A DNA stretch of 64,000 bases from Thermodesulfovibrionia bacterium. GTDB taxonomy: Bacteria > Nitrospirota > Thermodesulfovibrionia > UBA6902. Positions 36,684-45,110 of this stretch are shown here, in pieces (position 1 is the first letter of the stretch; each line of letters begins with the position of its first letter). The notes beneath the pieces are model-generated. The model was not told the DNA's origin, did no database searches, and saw nothing but the letters and a program-made list of their open reading frames with translations. The position numbers were made by a program, and so were the translations under genes. The stretch covers positions 698 to 64,697 of the forward strand of contig CAMYND010000004.1 of NCBI GenBank assembly GCA_947259645.1. Direction: 5' to 3'.

Positions 36684-38045
36684 ATGAGTATTACTTCAAT
36701 GTTTACCGCTGTCAGTGGAATGAATGTTAACCAGAAAGGGCTTTCGGTCGTGGGTGACAATTTAGCCAACATGAACACTCACGGATTTAAGTCAAGCTCC
36801 GTTGTCTTCGGAGACATCGTCACACAATCCATAGGGTCTCTCGGAGTGGGGCGGGGTGCTGTATTGAATGCAATTACTGATGAGTTTTCACAGGGAGCCT
36901 TTGAGAGCACCTCCAGTGTCCTCGATCTGGCCGTTGATGGCGATGGTCTCTTTGTGGTCGAGAAAAATAACCTGACGGCATACACCAGGTCCGGGGCCTT
37001 TGGCGTTGACAAAGACGGTCTCATATCCAATCCTGACGGTTATGTTATGCAGGGTTATATGTATAACGCAACAGGCACACTTGCAACCGCAACCAGTGAC
37101 GTCAGTATTGCGGGACAGAGCAGTTCGCCGAATCCTACATCAACAGCAACCATCTCTTCAAATATTGACTCACGATTGACCGCACCCGCTGCTTTTGATG
37201 TTACTTCACCTGCGGCTACTTCAAATTACACCAGTGCTGTCACAATGTATGATTCCCTTGGAAATGCCCGTACAGTTAATATTTACTTCCGCAAAAACCA
37301 GGCGATTACCGTTGCTGGCACCCCCGCCAATTCAGGAACAGCTTATGGAGGCGGAGCAACATGGCCGGTGGGATATGCAGCAGAAGGCGGAACAGAATGG
37401 GAATGGTACGCGGTTACCAGCGGTGCTGACAATGCAAACAGCAGTAATGACCAGATACAAGCCCAGGGTAGACTGGAGTTTAACACAAATGGAGCCCTCT
37501 ATTATGACGAAACCCTAACTTCGCCAACAGGAGGCTTTGATTTTGCGGGCGGTGCTACGCTAAATCAGGCGATAGCCTTCAACTTCGGAGACAATATAGC
37601 TGCTGACAGTGCAAATGGACTTGAGGGGACAACCCAGTTCGGATCTGCATCTGCCACAACTTTTCTTAACCAGAACGGATATGCTGCGGGTACGCTCAAG
37701 ACATTAACGATAGACGATGCCGGTCTCATGTCCGGTGTTTATTCTAATGGCCAGACCAAGAACATCGCCCAGATTGTCCTCGGGAAGTTCATCTCCCAGG
37801 AGGGGCTGACAAAGTTGGGCAATAGTCTCTACGCTCAGTCAAATGAATCGGGGCAGCCGATTATTTCCAGTCCTCAAACGTCAGGCCTTGGCAGTATCCT
37901 GGCAAGTTCTCTTGAACTGAGTAATGTAGATATTGCCGCAGAATTCGTCAAAATGATCATCATGCAGCGTGGATTTCAGGCAAACTCAAGAATGATATCA
38001 ACATCAGATGAATTATTGCAGGAGCTTGTTAACCTCAAGAGATAA
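36684..38045 (+). CDS. flgE: Flagellar hook protein FlgE
   Basis: 'MFTAVSGMNVNQKGLSVVGDNLANMNTHGFK' and C-terminal 'SNVDIAAEFVKMIIMQRGFQANSR'. Strong RBS aaggagg. Confidence 0.9.
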   Translation: MSITSMFTAVSGMNVNQKGLSVVGDNLANMNTHGFKSSSVVFGDIVTQSIGSLGVGRGAVLNAITDEFSQGAFESTSSVLDLAVDGDGLFVVEKNNLTAYTRSGAFGVDKDGLISNPDGYVMQGYMYNATGTLATATSDVSIAGQSSSPNPTSTATISSNIDSRLTAPAAFDVTSPAATSNYTSAVTMYDSLGNARTVNIYFRKNQAITVAGTPANSGTAYGGGATWPVGYAAEGGTEWEWYAVTSGADNANSSNDQIQAQGRLEFNTNGALYYDETLTSPTGGFDFAGGATLNQAIAFNFGDNIAADSANGLEGTTQFGSASATTFLNQNGYAAGTLKTLTIDDAGLMSGVYSNGQTKNIAQIVLGKFISQEGLTKLGNSLYAQSNESGQPIISSPQTSGLGSILASSLELSNVDIAAEFVKMIIMQRGFQANSRMISTSDELLQELVNLKR

Positions 38046-38082
38046 TATCGATTAACCTGGGGACAGGAATTGGGTTTACTTG

Positions 38083-38160
38083 CCTCCCCCCCTGATGGGG
38101 GAGGTTAGAGGAAGGGAGAAAGTAGCGGTTCTCCCTTCCTCTTCCCCTTTCTTTTGTTTG
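38083..38160 (+). terminator. Tandem hairpins ending the flgE transcription unit
   Basis: Hairpin 1 is CCTCCCCC(38083-90)/GGGGGAGG(38097-104). Hairpin 2 is a perfect 13-bp stem, GAGGAAGGGAGAA(38108-20)/TTCTCCCTTCCTC(38129-41), followed by the T-rich tract ttcccctttcttttgttt. Confidence 0.7.
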
Positions 38161-38198
38161 GCTGATCTAATACAGGATCACAATTAAGTATCAGGCGC

Positions 38199-38230
38199 AA
38201 AAAAAAAGCATCAGGTTATCAGCCTGAAGC
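38199..38230 (-). terminator. Rho-independent terminator of the minus-strand two-CW gene
   Basis: The minus strand reads GCTTCAGGctgataaCCTGATGC followed by T9 (the A9 run at 38199-38207 on the + strand). Confidence 0.5.
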
Positions 38231-38254
38231 CTTTAATTTGATTATTAGTTTTGA

Positions 38255-38566
38255 TTACTTTGTAGAAGTCTGGTACACCTGGCCTGGTTTGAGCAGGACA
38301 AAGTTGTCAATACCTTCTTCATCCTTGATCTTTTTAAAGACATCGCATGACATACAAGATACGGATTTCTGTGCAAAATCGCCCTGAACCTTTCCCCCGC
38401 AGAAAGTTCCCGCTATTGCCCAACAGATTCGACCTGCACTCGTACCGTTGTTTACACCGGTACAGGAAGTTTCCTTGGCAGCAGGGCATACCCCAAACTC
38501 AGAGACATTTTTACCATTTGGTTCTCTCCCGCACATTTTCAATTCCCAGCAATTTTTTATCGACAT
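38255..38566 (-). CDS. Stand-alone Cys-rich 'two-CW'-type domain protein
   Basis: 103 aa, 8 Cys, with two CW motifs: 'NCWELKMCGREPNG' and 'GRICWAIAGTFCGG', then 'CMSCDVF'. RBS gggagg. It has its own terminator and a candidate sigma-28 promoter. Confidence 0.6.
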   Translation of the reverse strand: MSIKNCWELKMCGREPNGKNVSEFGVCPAAKETSCTGVNNGTSAGRICWAIAGTFCGGKVQGDFAQKSVSCMSCDVFKKIKDEEGIDNFVLLKPGQVYQTSTK

Positions 38567-38644
38567 TTAGTTCCTCCCTTACAGATTAGTTATATAATAA
38601 TCCTTACTCATCACTTGAATTCAACATAAACTGTACTTTAATTC

Positions 38645-38671
38645 ATATCGGATTATCCTGGCTGCATTTCT
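38645..38671 (-). promoter_or_regulatory. Candidate sigma-28 (FliA) promoter for the two-CW gene
   Basis: The minus strand reads TAGAAATG-N12-TCCGATAT. The -10 matches GCCGATAA/T at 7 of 8 positions. The -35 is weak. Confidence 0.3.
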
Positions 38672-38714
38672 ATTCATCATCCAATAATAACCATTTCATC
38701 AATTGTGAATATAT

Positions 38715-39758
38715 TTATACTGCATTAATCAGTTCACCCGCAATCTCAGTCAGGGGGATAATTTTATCAGCACATCCGGAATTAATAACAGCGCGGGGCA
38801 TTCCATAAACAATGCACGATTCTTCACTTTCAGCAATGGTTCTTCCCCCTTTGTTCTTTATCTCTTTCATTCCCTTTGCACCATCATTCCCCAGTCCCGT
38901 CAAAATAACTCCCAGTACATGACCTGAAAAAAACTCTACGACAGACTGCATTAAAAAATCTACAGATGGCTTGTATATATATTTTCCATTATCTTTCACT
39001 ATTTTTATGGTGGTTTTTGTGAGCCGGTCCTGAGCAATACCCATGTGGCATCCACCGGGAGCGATATACACATGACCCTCAGAGATGGCTTCACCATCTT
39101 CAGCCTCTTTTACACTTACCGCACTCAAATGGTTCAGCCGTTCAGCAAAAGGACCTGTGAATGAAGCCGGCATATGCTGCGCTATGAGAACTGGTACCGG
39201 ATAGTTCTCGGGCAAAGAGCTTATTATACTCTGCAAAGCCCTGGGGCCTCCTGTTGAAGAGCCGATTGAGACAATTCCAACTGTTCTTCGGGATGAATAG
39301 GTTTGTGTCTTTTGCTTGATATCCAAAGGCCTGGAGGGCAGGAGAACTCTCTTATGACCATTGCCGTTTCTGCAGATGTTCTTTATTTTCTCTATTAACA
39401 CCTCTTTAATCTTTACAATGTTAATGGAGAGGTCTGAAAGGTTTTTTGGTATAAAATCAACCGCTCCGATATCGAGGGCGTCCAGCGTTACTTCTACCCC
39501 TTCAGTTGTAAGCCTGCTTACCATAATAACCGGCACAGGGGTTTTCTCCATAATCAGTTTCAGGGCTTCGATACCATTCATGCGCGGCATTTCAACATCC
39601 AGCGTAACGATATCTGGTTTAAGCTCAGCAACTTTATCAACAGCTTCTACTCCGTCCCGTGCGGTACCGATAATCGTTATTTCCGGATCACTTGAAATCA
39701 TGCTCGAGAGAGCATTTCTCATGAATGCAGAATCATCTACAACTAATACATTAATCAT
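38715..39758 (-). CDS. cheB: Chemotaxis response regulator protein-glutamate methylesterase CheB
   Basis: REC domain ('VLVVDDSAFMR', 'IVTLDVEMPRMNG') plus esterase domain ('GSSTGGPRAL', 'HMPASFT', 'GLGNDGA'). Confidence 0.9.
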   Translation of the reverse strand: MINVLVVDDSAFMRNALSSMISSDPEITIIGTARDGVEAVDKVAELKPDIVTLDVEMPRMNGIEALKLIMEKTPVPVIMVSRLTTEGVEVTLDALDIGAVDFIPKNLSDLSINIVKIKEVLIEKIKNICRNGNGHKRVLLPSRPLDIKQKTQTYSSRRTVGIVSIGSSTGGPRALQSIISSLPENYPVPVLIAQHMPASFTGPFAERLNHLSAVSVKEAEDGEAISEGHVYIAPGGCHMGIAQDRLTKTTIKIVKDNGKYIYKPSVDFLMQSVVEFFSGHVLGVILTGLGNDGAKGMKEIKNKGGRTIAESEESCIVYGMPRAVINSGCADKIIPLTEIAGELINAV

Positions 39759-39785
39759 ATTCCGCTACACTCTGACATATTCGCT

Positions 39786-40253
39786 TCACAGGGTAACTCC
39801 CTTACCCATAAGTTTATCCAGCTCAATCAGTATGATAAGCCGGTTATCAAGCTTTGCGATACCGCTGATAAAGTGACTGTTAAGTTCAACTGACATGGGA
39901 GGTGTGTCTTCAACAGAGTCTAAAGGAATTCTCAACACTTCCAGCACTGAGTCAACAACCAGCCCGTTTGTCACTCCCTGTATTTCCACTATGATAATCC
40001 TTGAATTATCATCTGTGACTTTCTGTTCGAAATTAAATTTCCTCCTGAGATTTATGACAGGTATAACTTTCCCCCTGAGATTGATCACACCCTCCACATA
40101 GTCTGGAGAATTCGGGACTTTGGTAATCTCTGTTATCCTGTTTATCTCCTGCACATTCAGAATATCAATGGCGTATTCCTCAGTGCCCAGGGTAAATGTG
40201 ACAAGCTGCAGGATCTCTTTACTTTCTGATAATGATACCGTAGTATTTGCCAT
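39786..40253 (-). CDS. cheW: Chemotaxis coupling protein CheW
   Basis: 155 aa with 'LVTFTLGTEEYAIDILNVQEI', 'GVINLRGKVIPVINL' and 'GLVVDSVLEV'. Confidence 0.9.
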   Translation of the reverse strand: MANTTVSLSESKEILQLVTFTLGTEEYAIDILNVQEINRITEITKVPNSPDYVEGVINLRGKVIPVINLRRKFNFEQKVTDDNSRIIIVEIQGVTNGLVVDSVLEVLRIPLDSVEDTPPMSVELNSHFISGIAKLDNRLIILIELDKLMGKGVTL

Positions 40254-40320
40254 TTATCGTGTTCCTCCTCTTTGCCGCTTATGGCCCTTAACAGGACGCA
40301 TGCATAATGGCCCGGGCATG

Positions 40321-41577
40321 CTAAAATCCAAATTCATTTAGGAGGGACTCCACATCAGACTGTGAAATGCTCTCCCTTGGTTTTTCTCCTGTCCCGACAT
40401 TACTCTGATCTACTGGAGTGCCAACGGAACAGCTCCCTGTTTGCATGCTAAACCTCGATATCAGTTTCAGGAGTTCGGCCTCTACACTGTTCACCAGGTT
40501 AATAACCCTTATTATCGTTTGACCAGTTATGTCCTGATATTGCTGAGCGGTAAGTATTTCAGTCATATTATGATCAAGAGCTTCTTTGAACACTTTCAGG
40601 TATGCCTTTGAGTCATCATGCCCCTGGAGTCTATCAATATGTCTGCTGAAATCGCTGCTCTCCTGAAAGTATCGCTCTACACAGGACAACGTTCTGTTTG
40701 CCGAGAGCTCGTTTTTTGAGATAACAAGGTGAAGGCTGTCAACAGCCTGGGGCACATCATTATCAGTTAATTGTTGAAGGCCATCTTTAATGTCACTATT
40801 AAATGTTTCAAGGGAATCATGTATTTTCCTGGTTATTTTTCCAACTTCTGTGAAAATGTCATTGTCTGATGTTTTGACAAGATCAGAAATTAACTGATCA
40901 ATCTGCTGAAACTGACCTTTTGAGAGTGCGTCCATAAAGTCAAGCATCAGATCGAAAAAAGTATGATGTGCACTATTATTATCAAATCTACCCTTCATGT
41001 ACTCCCTGGCTTCTTGCAGTGTATCTGTACTGCGCCTGAGCAGTGAGGGATCTTTCTCCCCATCATTGGTTAAGGGTGTCGAAGTTACAGCGTTAGCCGT
41101 AATATCATTTAAGGTGTTCAGATGCTTCCGTGGCAGTAAATTGTATGTATCCAGCAGTATGATAAGATTATCATTCAACTTTGCTATACCTGCAACTGTG
41201 GCGACTTCGCTGTTTGCAATGTTCTCAATTCTGTCAACTTCTGAATCCTGCACCTTAATTACACCTGTGATCCCGTCAACAATAATGCCGAATGTTGTTG
41301 AGCCCGTTGTGAGGACAATAACCGTATCGCCCGATTCTTCATCGACTGAACTGTTTAGAAGGATGTTCAGGTTTAGCAGGGGAACAATAGCTCCTCTGAG
41401 GTTTGTTATTCCCCGTATGCAGGAAGGGAGGTCAGGAAGAGCGGTCACCAGAGGTGTGCTGATAATTTCACGAACATCTAATATCGGGACCATGTACTCA
41501 ACAGAGTTTACATTAAACCCTATATACTGCTGGACAGGACTTTTGCTGAGGCATTGTGGCGCTTCTGCTATATTCAT
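40321..41577 (-). CDS. CheW-domain / CheZ phosphatase fusion protein
   Basis: The N-terminal ~150 aa are CheW-like ('YIGFNVNSVEYMVPILDVREII', 'IRGITNLRGAIVPLLNL', 'GIIVDGITGV'). The C-terminal part carries the CheZ active-site helix 'AQQYQDITGQTIIRVINLV' and a CheZ-type C-terminal peptide 'SDVESLLNEFGF'. Confidence 0.8.
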   Translation of the reverse strand: MNIAEAPQCLSKSPVQQYIGFNVNSVEYMVPILDVREIISTPLVTALPDLPSCIRGITNLRGAIVPLLNLNILLNSSVDEESGDTVIVLTTGSTTFGIIVDGITGVIKVQDSEVDRIENIANSEVATVAGIAKLNDNLIILLDTYNLLPRKHLNTLNDITANAVTSTPLTNDGEKDPSLLRRSTDTLQEAREYMKGRFDNNSAHHTFFDLMLDFMDALSKGQFQQIDQLISDLVKTSDNDIFTEVGKITRKIHDSLETFNSDIKDGLQQLTDNDVPQAVDSLHLVISKNELSANRTLSCVERYFQESSDFSRHIDRLQGHDDSKAYLKVFKEALDHNMTEILTAQQYQDITGQTIIRVINLVNSVEAELLKLISRFSMQTGSCSVGTPVDQSNVGTGEKPRESISQSDVESLLNEFGF

Positions 41578-41580
41578 ACA

Positions 41581-43413
41581 CTATCCCTTTGCAATTTCAA
41601 AAAAGTTCCGCGACATGCTGTTGACATCAAGAATAAATACAACTTTGCCATCCCCTGTTATTGTCGCACCGAGCACATATGTTGAAGAAGTATCAATACC
41701 ATCGAGGGCCTTGATTACGACTTCTTCCTGTCCCAGGAGATTGTCTACGGCTACGCAGAACCTTTTTTCCCCCATCGAGATAACCACAAGATACTTTTGC
41801 TCTGAATCTTCTTTACCATTTCCATTGCCATTTTCACCGAGGAGATTCTTTAGTTCAAAAAGAGGGCAGACCCTGTCTCGTATTACTATGACTTGCTGGC
41901 CATTCACGTTCTTGATTTGAGCGCTTGACACTTGAAGCGTTTCCTCTATGGGGGAGAGGGGTATGGCGTACTTTGATCCTGAAACCTCGACCATTAAAGC
42001 CTGAATAATAGCCAGTGTCAGAGGTATGCAAATTCTGAATGTAGTGCCGCGATCCCGATCTGATCTTACCTCTACATACCCATTTAACAGGGAAACATTG
42101 GTTTTCACCACATCCATGCCTACGCCACGGCCGCTTAACTCGTTTGCAGTATCTCTCGTTGAAAAGCCCGGCATGAATATGATATCCGAGGCATTATCGT
42201 CGGTCATCTTATCTGCCTCTTCCATGCTGAGAATACCTTTTTCAATAGCCTTCTGCTTCAACCTGTCTGTATCAAGTCCTTTGCCGTCATCTGATACATC
42301 AATAACCACCTGATTCCCTTTTTGATAAATATTGATAAGAATATTACCGGCAGGAGATTTTCCTTTGGCAGATCTTTCATCTGGTGATTCTATTCCATGA
42401 TCAATGGCGTTTCTCAGTATATGTGTCAGAGGATCACTAATATTCTCGATCACGGACTTGTCAACTTCTGTGCCTTCTCCCTTGATGTGCAGTGCCACGT
42501 CCTTGTTTAGTGAAGCAGACATGTCCCGCACAAATCTCGGAAATTTACCGAGTATTTTATTAATGGGCTGCATTCTAATTTTCATTACCGCAAGTTGCAT
42601 GTCAGACGTTACCCTGTCAAGGAATGAAACAGATTCCATAAGTGTTTCTGTAAGTGGATCATCTGAATATTTTTGATTAAAATAATGCGATATATTCATA
42701 AGTCTGTTTCGCACAAGAACTACTTCACCTGCCAGGTCCATGACTTTGTCGATTCTGTTGACGTCTACTCTGAGGTTTTTCGCAATTTCTTTATTAGTTG
42801 CAGGAAGTTCACAGGATGCCTGTTCATCTGCCAGGGATCTTTGAGCCGTCGCAGCTTCCCCTGATTGCAGTAATGAATTATCATGACCAACCTCTTTTTC
42901 ATGGATGTTCTCATCTACTTGTTTTTGAGAAGAGATTTCCTCCCCATTACTGATATCTGCTTTGCTATCAACACTCTTCTCTTCAGCAGGTTCATCTGTA
43001 GCAGAGGGGGAGGGAACAGGCTGTTCAAGAGCTTTTTGAAGGACACTTTCAAGATCATTGATCAACCCGCTGATATTTTCTTCAACACCGTCTTTTGCCT
43101 GCTGATGGCCAAGGAGCAGTCTCAGCATATCAATAGACTTAAGTATGACGTCTATCAGCTCCGTTGAGAGAGAGATGTCCCTGTCCCGAAGCTTTTTCAT
43201 GATATTCTCTGAAGAGTGAGCTACATCAACAATAGATTGAAAACCCAAAAAACCGGCAGCTCCCTTGATCGTATGCATTGATCTGAATATTTCATTTACC
43301 AGGTCTGCGTCGTGGCCTTTCTTCTCCAGTTCTACAAAGAGCGGTTCGATTTTATCAAGAGATTCCATAGCCTCTGTGATAAACTCGTTTATGATTTCGT
43401 TCATGTCATCCAT
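41581..43413 (-). CDS. cheA: Chemotaxis histidine kinase CheA
   Basis: Hpt 'FRSMHTIKGAAGFLGF', dimerisation region 'LRVDVNRIDKVMDLAGE', HATPase 'HILRNAIDHGIE' and 'GRGVGMDVV', and a C-terminal CheW-like domain. The P1-P3 linker is acidic and low-complexity, with no obvious P2 domain. Confidence 0.95.
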   Translation of the reverse strand: MDDMNEIINEFITEAMESLDKIEPLFVELEKKGHDADLVNEIFRSMHTIKGAAGFLGFQSIVDVAHSSENIMKKLRDRDISLSTELIDVILKSIDMLRLLLGHQQAKDGVEENISGLINDLESVLQKALEQPVPSPSATDEPAEEKSVDSKADISNGEEISSQKQVDENIHEKEVGHDNSLLQSGEAATAQRSLADEQASCELPATNKEIAKNLRVDVNRIDKVMDLAGEVVLVRNRLMNISHYFNQKYSDDPLTETLMESVSFLDRVTSDMQLAVMKIRMQPINKILGKFPRFVRDMSASLNKDVALHIKGEGTEVDKSVIENISDPLTHILRNAIDHGIESPDERSAKGKSPAGNILINIYQKGNQVVIDVSDDGKGLDTDRLKQKAIEKGILSMEEADKMTDDNASDIIFMPGFSTRDTANELSGRGVGMDVVKTNVSLLNGYVEVRSDRDRGTTFRICIPLTLAIIQALMVEVSGSKYAIPLSPIEETLQVSSAQIKNVNGQQVIVIRDRVCPLFELKNLLGENGNGNGKEDSEQKYLVVISMGEKRFCVAVDNLLGQEEVVIKALDGIDTSSTYVLGATITGDGKVVFILDVNSMSRNFFEIAKG

Positions 43414-43449
43414 AATGAAAACTCTTTGTCCCCCGGAAAAAATAGATAG

Positions 43450-43839
43450 CTATATATTCACTTTATCAAATATATTCTCGATCTTTTCTTTCAGGATTTC
43501 TCCGGTAAAGGGCTTAACTACATAATTATTTACTCCTGCCTGTATTGCGGCGATCACCCTCTCTTTTTCTGCTTCAGCAGTAACCATAAGTATCGGGATC
43601 TCTTTCAGGTCCGGATCGCTCCTTACTTTCTTTAACAGGTCCAGGCCATTCATGTTCGGCATGTTCCAGTCGCTGATAACAAGACCGAATCCGCCGTTCT
43701 GAAGCCTTGAATATGCCTGGGCTCCATCCTCTGCCTCTTCAACATTCTCATAGCCGATCTGCCGTAGAAGGTTTTTCACTATTCTCCTCATAGTGGAGAA
43801 GTCATCAACAACCAGTATCTTCATATTAGGGTCTGACAT
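43450..43839 (-). CDS. cheY: Chemotaxis response regulator CheY
   Basis: '[15 protein letters not shown]', '[21 protein letters not shown]', '[11 protein letters not shown]' and 'YVVKPFT' closely parallel E. coli CheY. The start is moved to the ATG preceded by aggaga (MSDPNMKIL...). Confidence 0.9.
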   Translation of the reverse strand: MSDPNMKILVVDDFSTMRRIVKNLLRQIGYENVEEAEDGAQAYSRLQNGGFGLVISDWNMPNMNGLDLLKKVRSDPDLKEIPILMVTAEAEKERVIAAIQAGVNNYVVKPFTGEILKEKIENIFDKVNI

Positions 43840-44224
43840 TATTTGTTTCTCCTGTGGCAAACATTTGTTTAATTATAGACTTGATGTTTTGTGCTATCGC
43901 ATCTCCTGTTACAGGTTTAACCAGATATCCGTTTGCCCCTGAACTGAGTGCCTTCGCTCGCTCTTCTTCATCATTTTCTGTTGTCACCATCAGGACAGGG
44001 ATTTCACTTAACTGGGGGTCTGCCCGTAGTGTCTTGATCAACTCCATTCCGTCCATGTAGGGCATGTTCAGGTCGGTCATCACCAGGTTAACGGTTTCAG
44101 TTCCGAGTTTTTCCAGCGCATCAAGACCATTTTCGGCAAAGACCACAGTATACCCCCTGGTTTTAAGGTAATGGCCTAAGAGCTTCCTTGTTGTCTGGCA
44201 ATCGTCTACGATCATAATATTCAT
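43826..44224 (-). CDS. Second CheY-like single-domain response regulator
   Basis: 132 aa with '[14 protein letters not shown]', '[13 protein letters not shown]' and 'YLVKPVT'. Confidence 0.85.
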   Translation of the reverse strand: MNIMIVDDCQTTRKLLGHYLKTRGYTVVFAENGLDALEKLGTETVNLVMTDLNMPYMDGMELIKTLRADPQLSEIPVLMVTTENDEEERAKALSSGANGYLVKPVTGDAIAQNIKSIIKQMFATGETNNVRP

Positions 44225-44288
44225 ACTCTTACCCCTTAAATGTAAAAAATAAAGTGAATGTTTAATAATGTTTCAATCATATTCATAG

Positions 44289-45110
44289 TTACTCTTTCCT
44301 GTACACAATTACTTTATTTATAACGATCGGTCTGAACGCGCGTGTTACGCTTCTAAGGCTTTCAGATGAGCCGATAATTAGATATCCCCCCGGGACAAGG
44401 CTGTCATAGAGACCGGAAACCACTTTCTGTTTGGCTTTGGTATCAAAGTAGATAAGAACATTCCGGCAAAAAATAATGTCCATTCCCCGAAGAGGTTTTG
44501 TGCTGGTTTCGTCAATCAGGTTTGCTTTCTTGAAGTCAACACTGTTCTTGATTGGATCGCATAGCGTGTAAGAACCCCCGCTGCTCGTAAAATACTTTTC
44601 CAGATAGGGCTTTGGAACATTACGGATGGCATAGTTATTATAAACTGCTCTCTTTGCCGTAGACAGGGCCCCTACGCACAGATCAGATCCGAATATTTCA
44701 ACATTTTGATCAAGGTTTTTATCTTTAAGCAAGAGTGACAGCGTGTAGGGCTCTTCTCCGGAAGAGCATGCTGACGACCAGATTTTTATTATTTGACCTG
44801 ATTTCTTTGTTTCCAAAATATTGCGAAAAACAGAATCGATAAAAACATCAAGCTGAAGCGGCTCCCTGAAAAAATAGGTCTCATTCGTTGTGACCGCATC
44901 AAAGAGCCGTGTCAATTCATTTCCGTTAGAACTTGTTTTGATTACGCTCAGGTATTCATCAAAAGTTGTTAACTTTTTTTCCTGAAGAATACGGGAGAGC
45001 CGGTTTTCGATGAGGTATTTCTTTGTGTCAGCTATAAATATACCGCTGTTATCATAGATATAATCTCTGAGACCCTTAAACGCTGAATCTGAGAGCGGTA
45101 TTTTTAGCAT
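44289..45110 (-). CDS. cheR: Chemotaxis protein methyltransferase CheR
   Basis: 'TNETYFFREP', 'IWSSACSSGEEPYTLSLLL' and 'DIIFCRNVLIYFD'. Confidence 0.9.
   Translation of the reverse strand: MLKIPLSDSAFKGLRDYIYDNSGIFIADTKKYLIENRLSRILQEKKLTTFDEYLSVIKTSSNGNELTRLFDAVTTNETYFFREPLQLDVFIDSVFRNILETKKSGQIIKIWSSACSSGEEPYTLSLLLKDKNLDQNVEIFGSDLCVGALSTAKRAVYNNYAIRNVPKPYLEKYFTSSGGSYTLCDPIKNSVDFKKANLIDETSTKPLRGMDIIFCRNVLIYFDTKAKQKVVSGLYDSLVPGGYLIIGSSESLRSVTRAFRPIVINKVIVYRKE

Noticed and set aside
40997-41920. A 307-aa + strand ORF spanning the cheA / CheW-CheZ junction, with similar + strand ORFs at 39361..39876 and 42026..43525.
   Set aside because: These are antisense shadows of strongly supported che genes. 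Their translations are Ser/Ile/Phe-rich, low-complexity and free of motifs.
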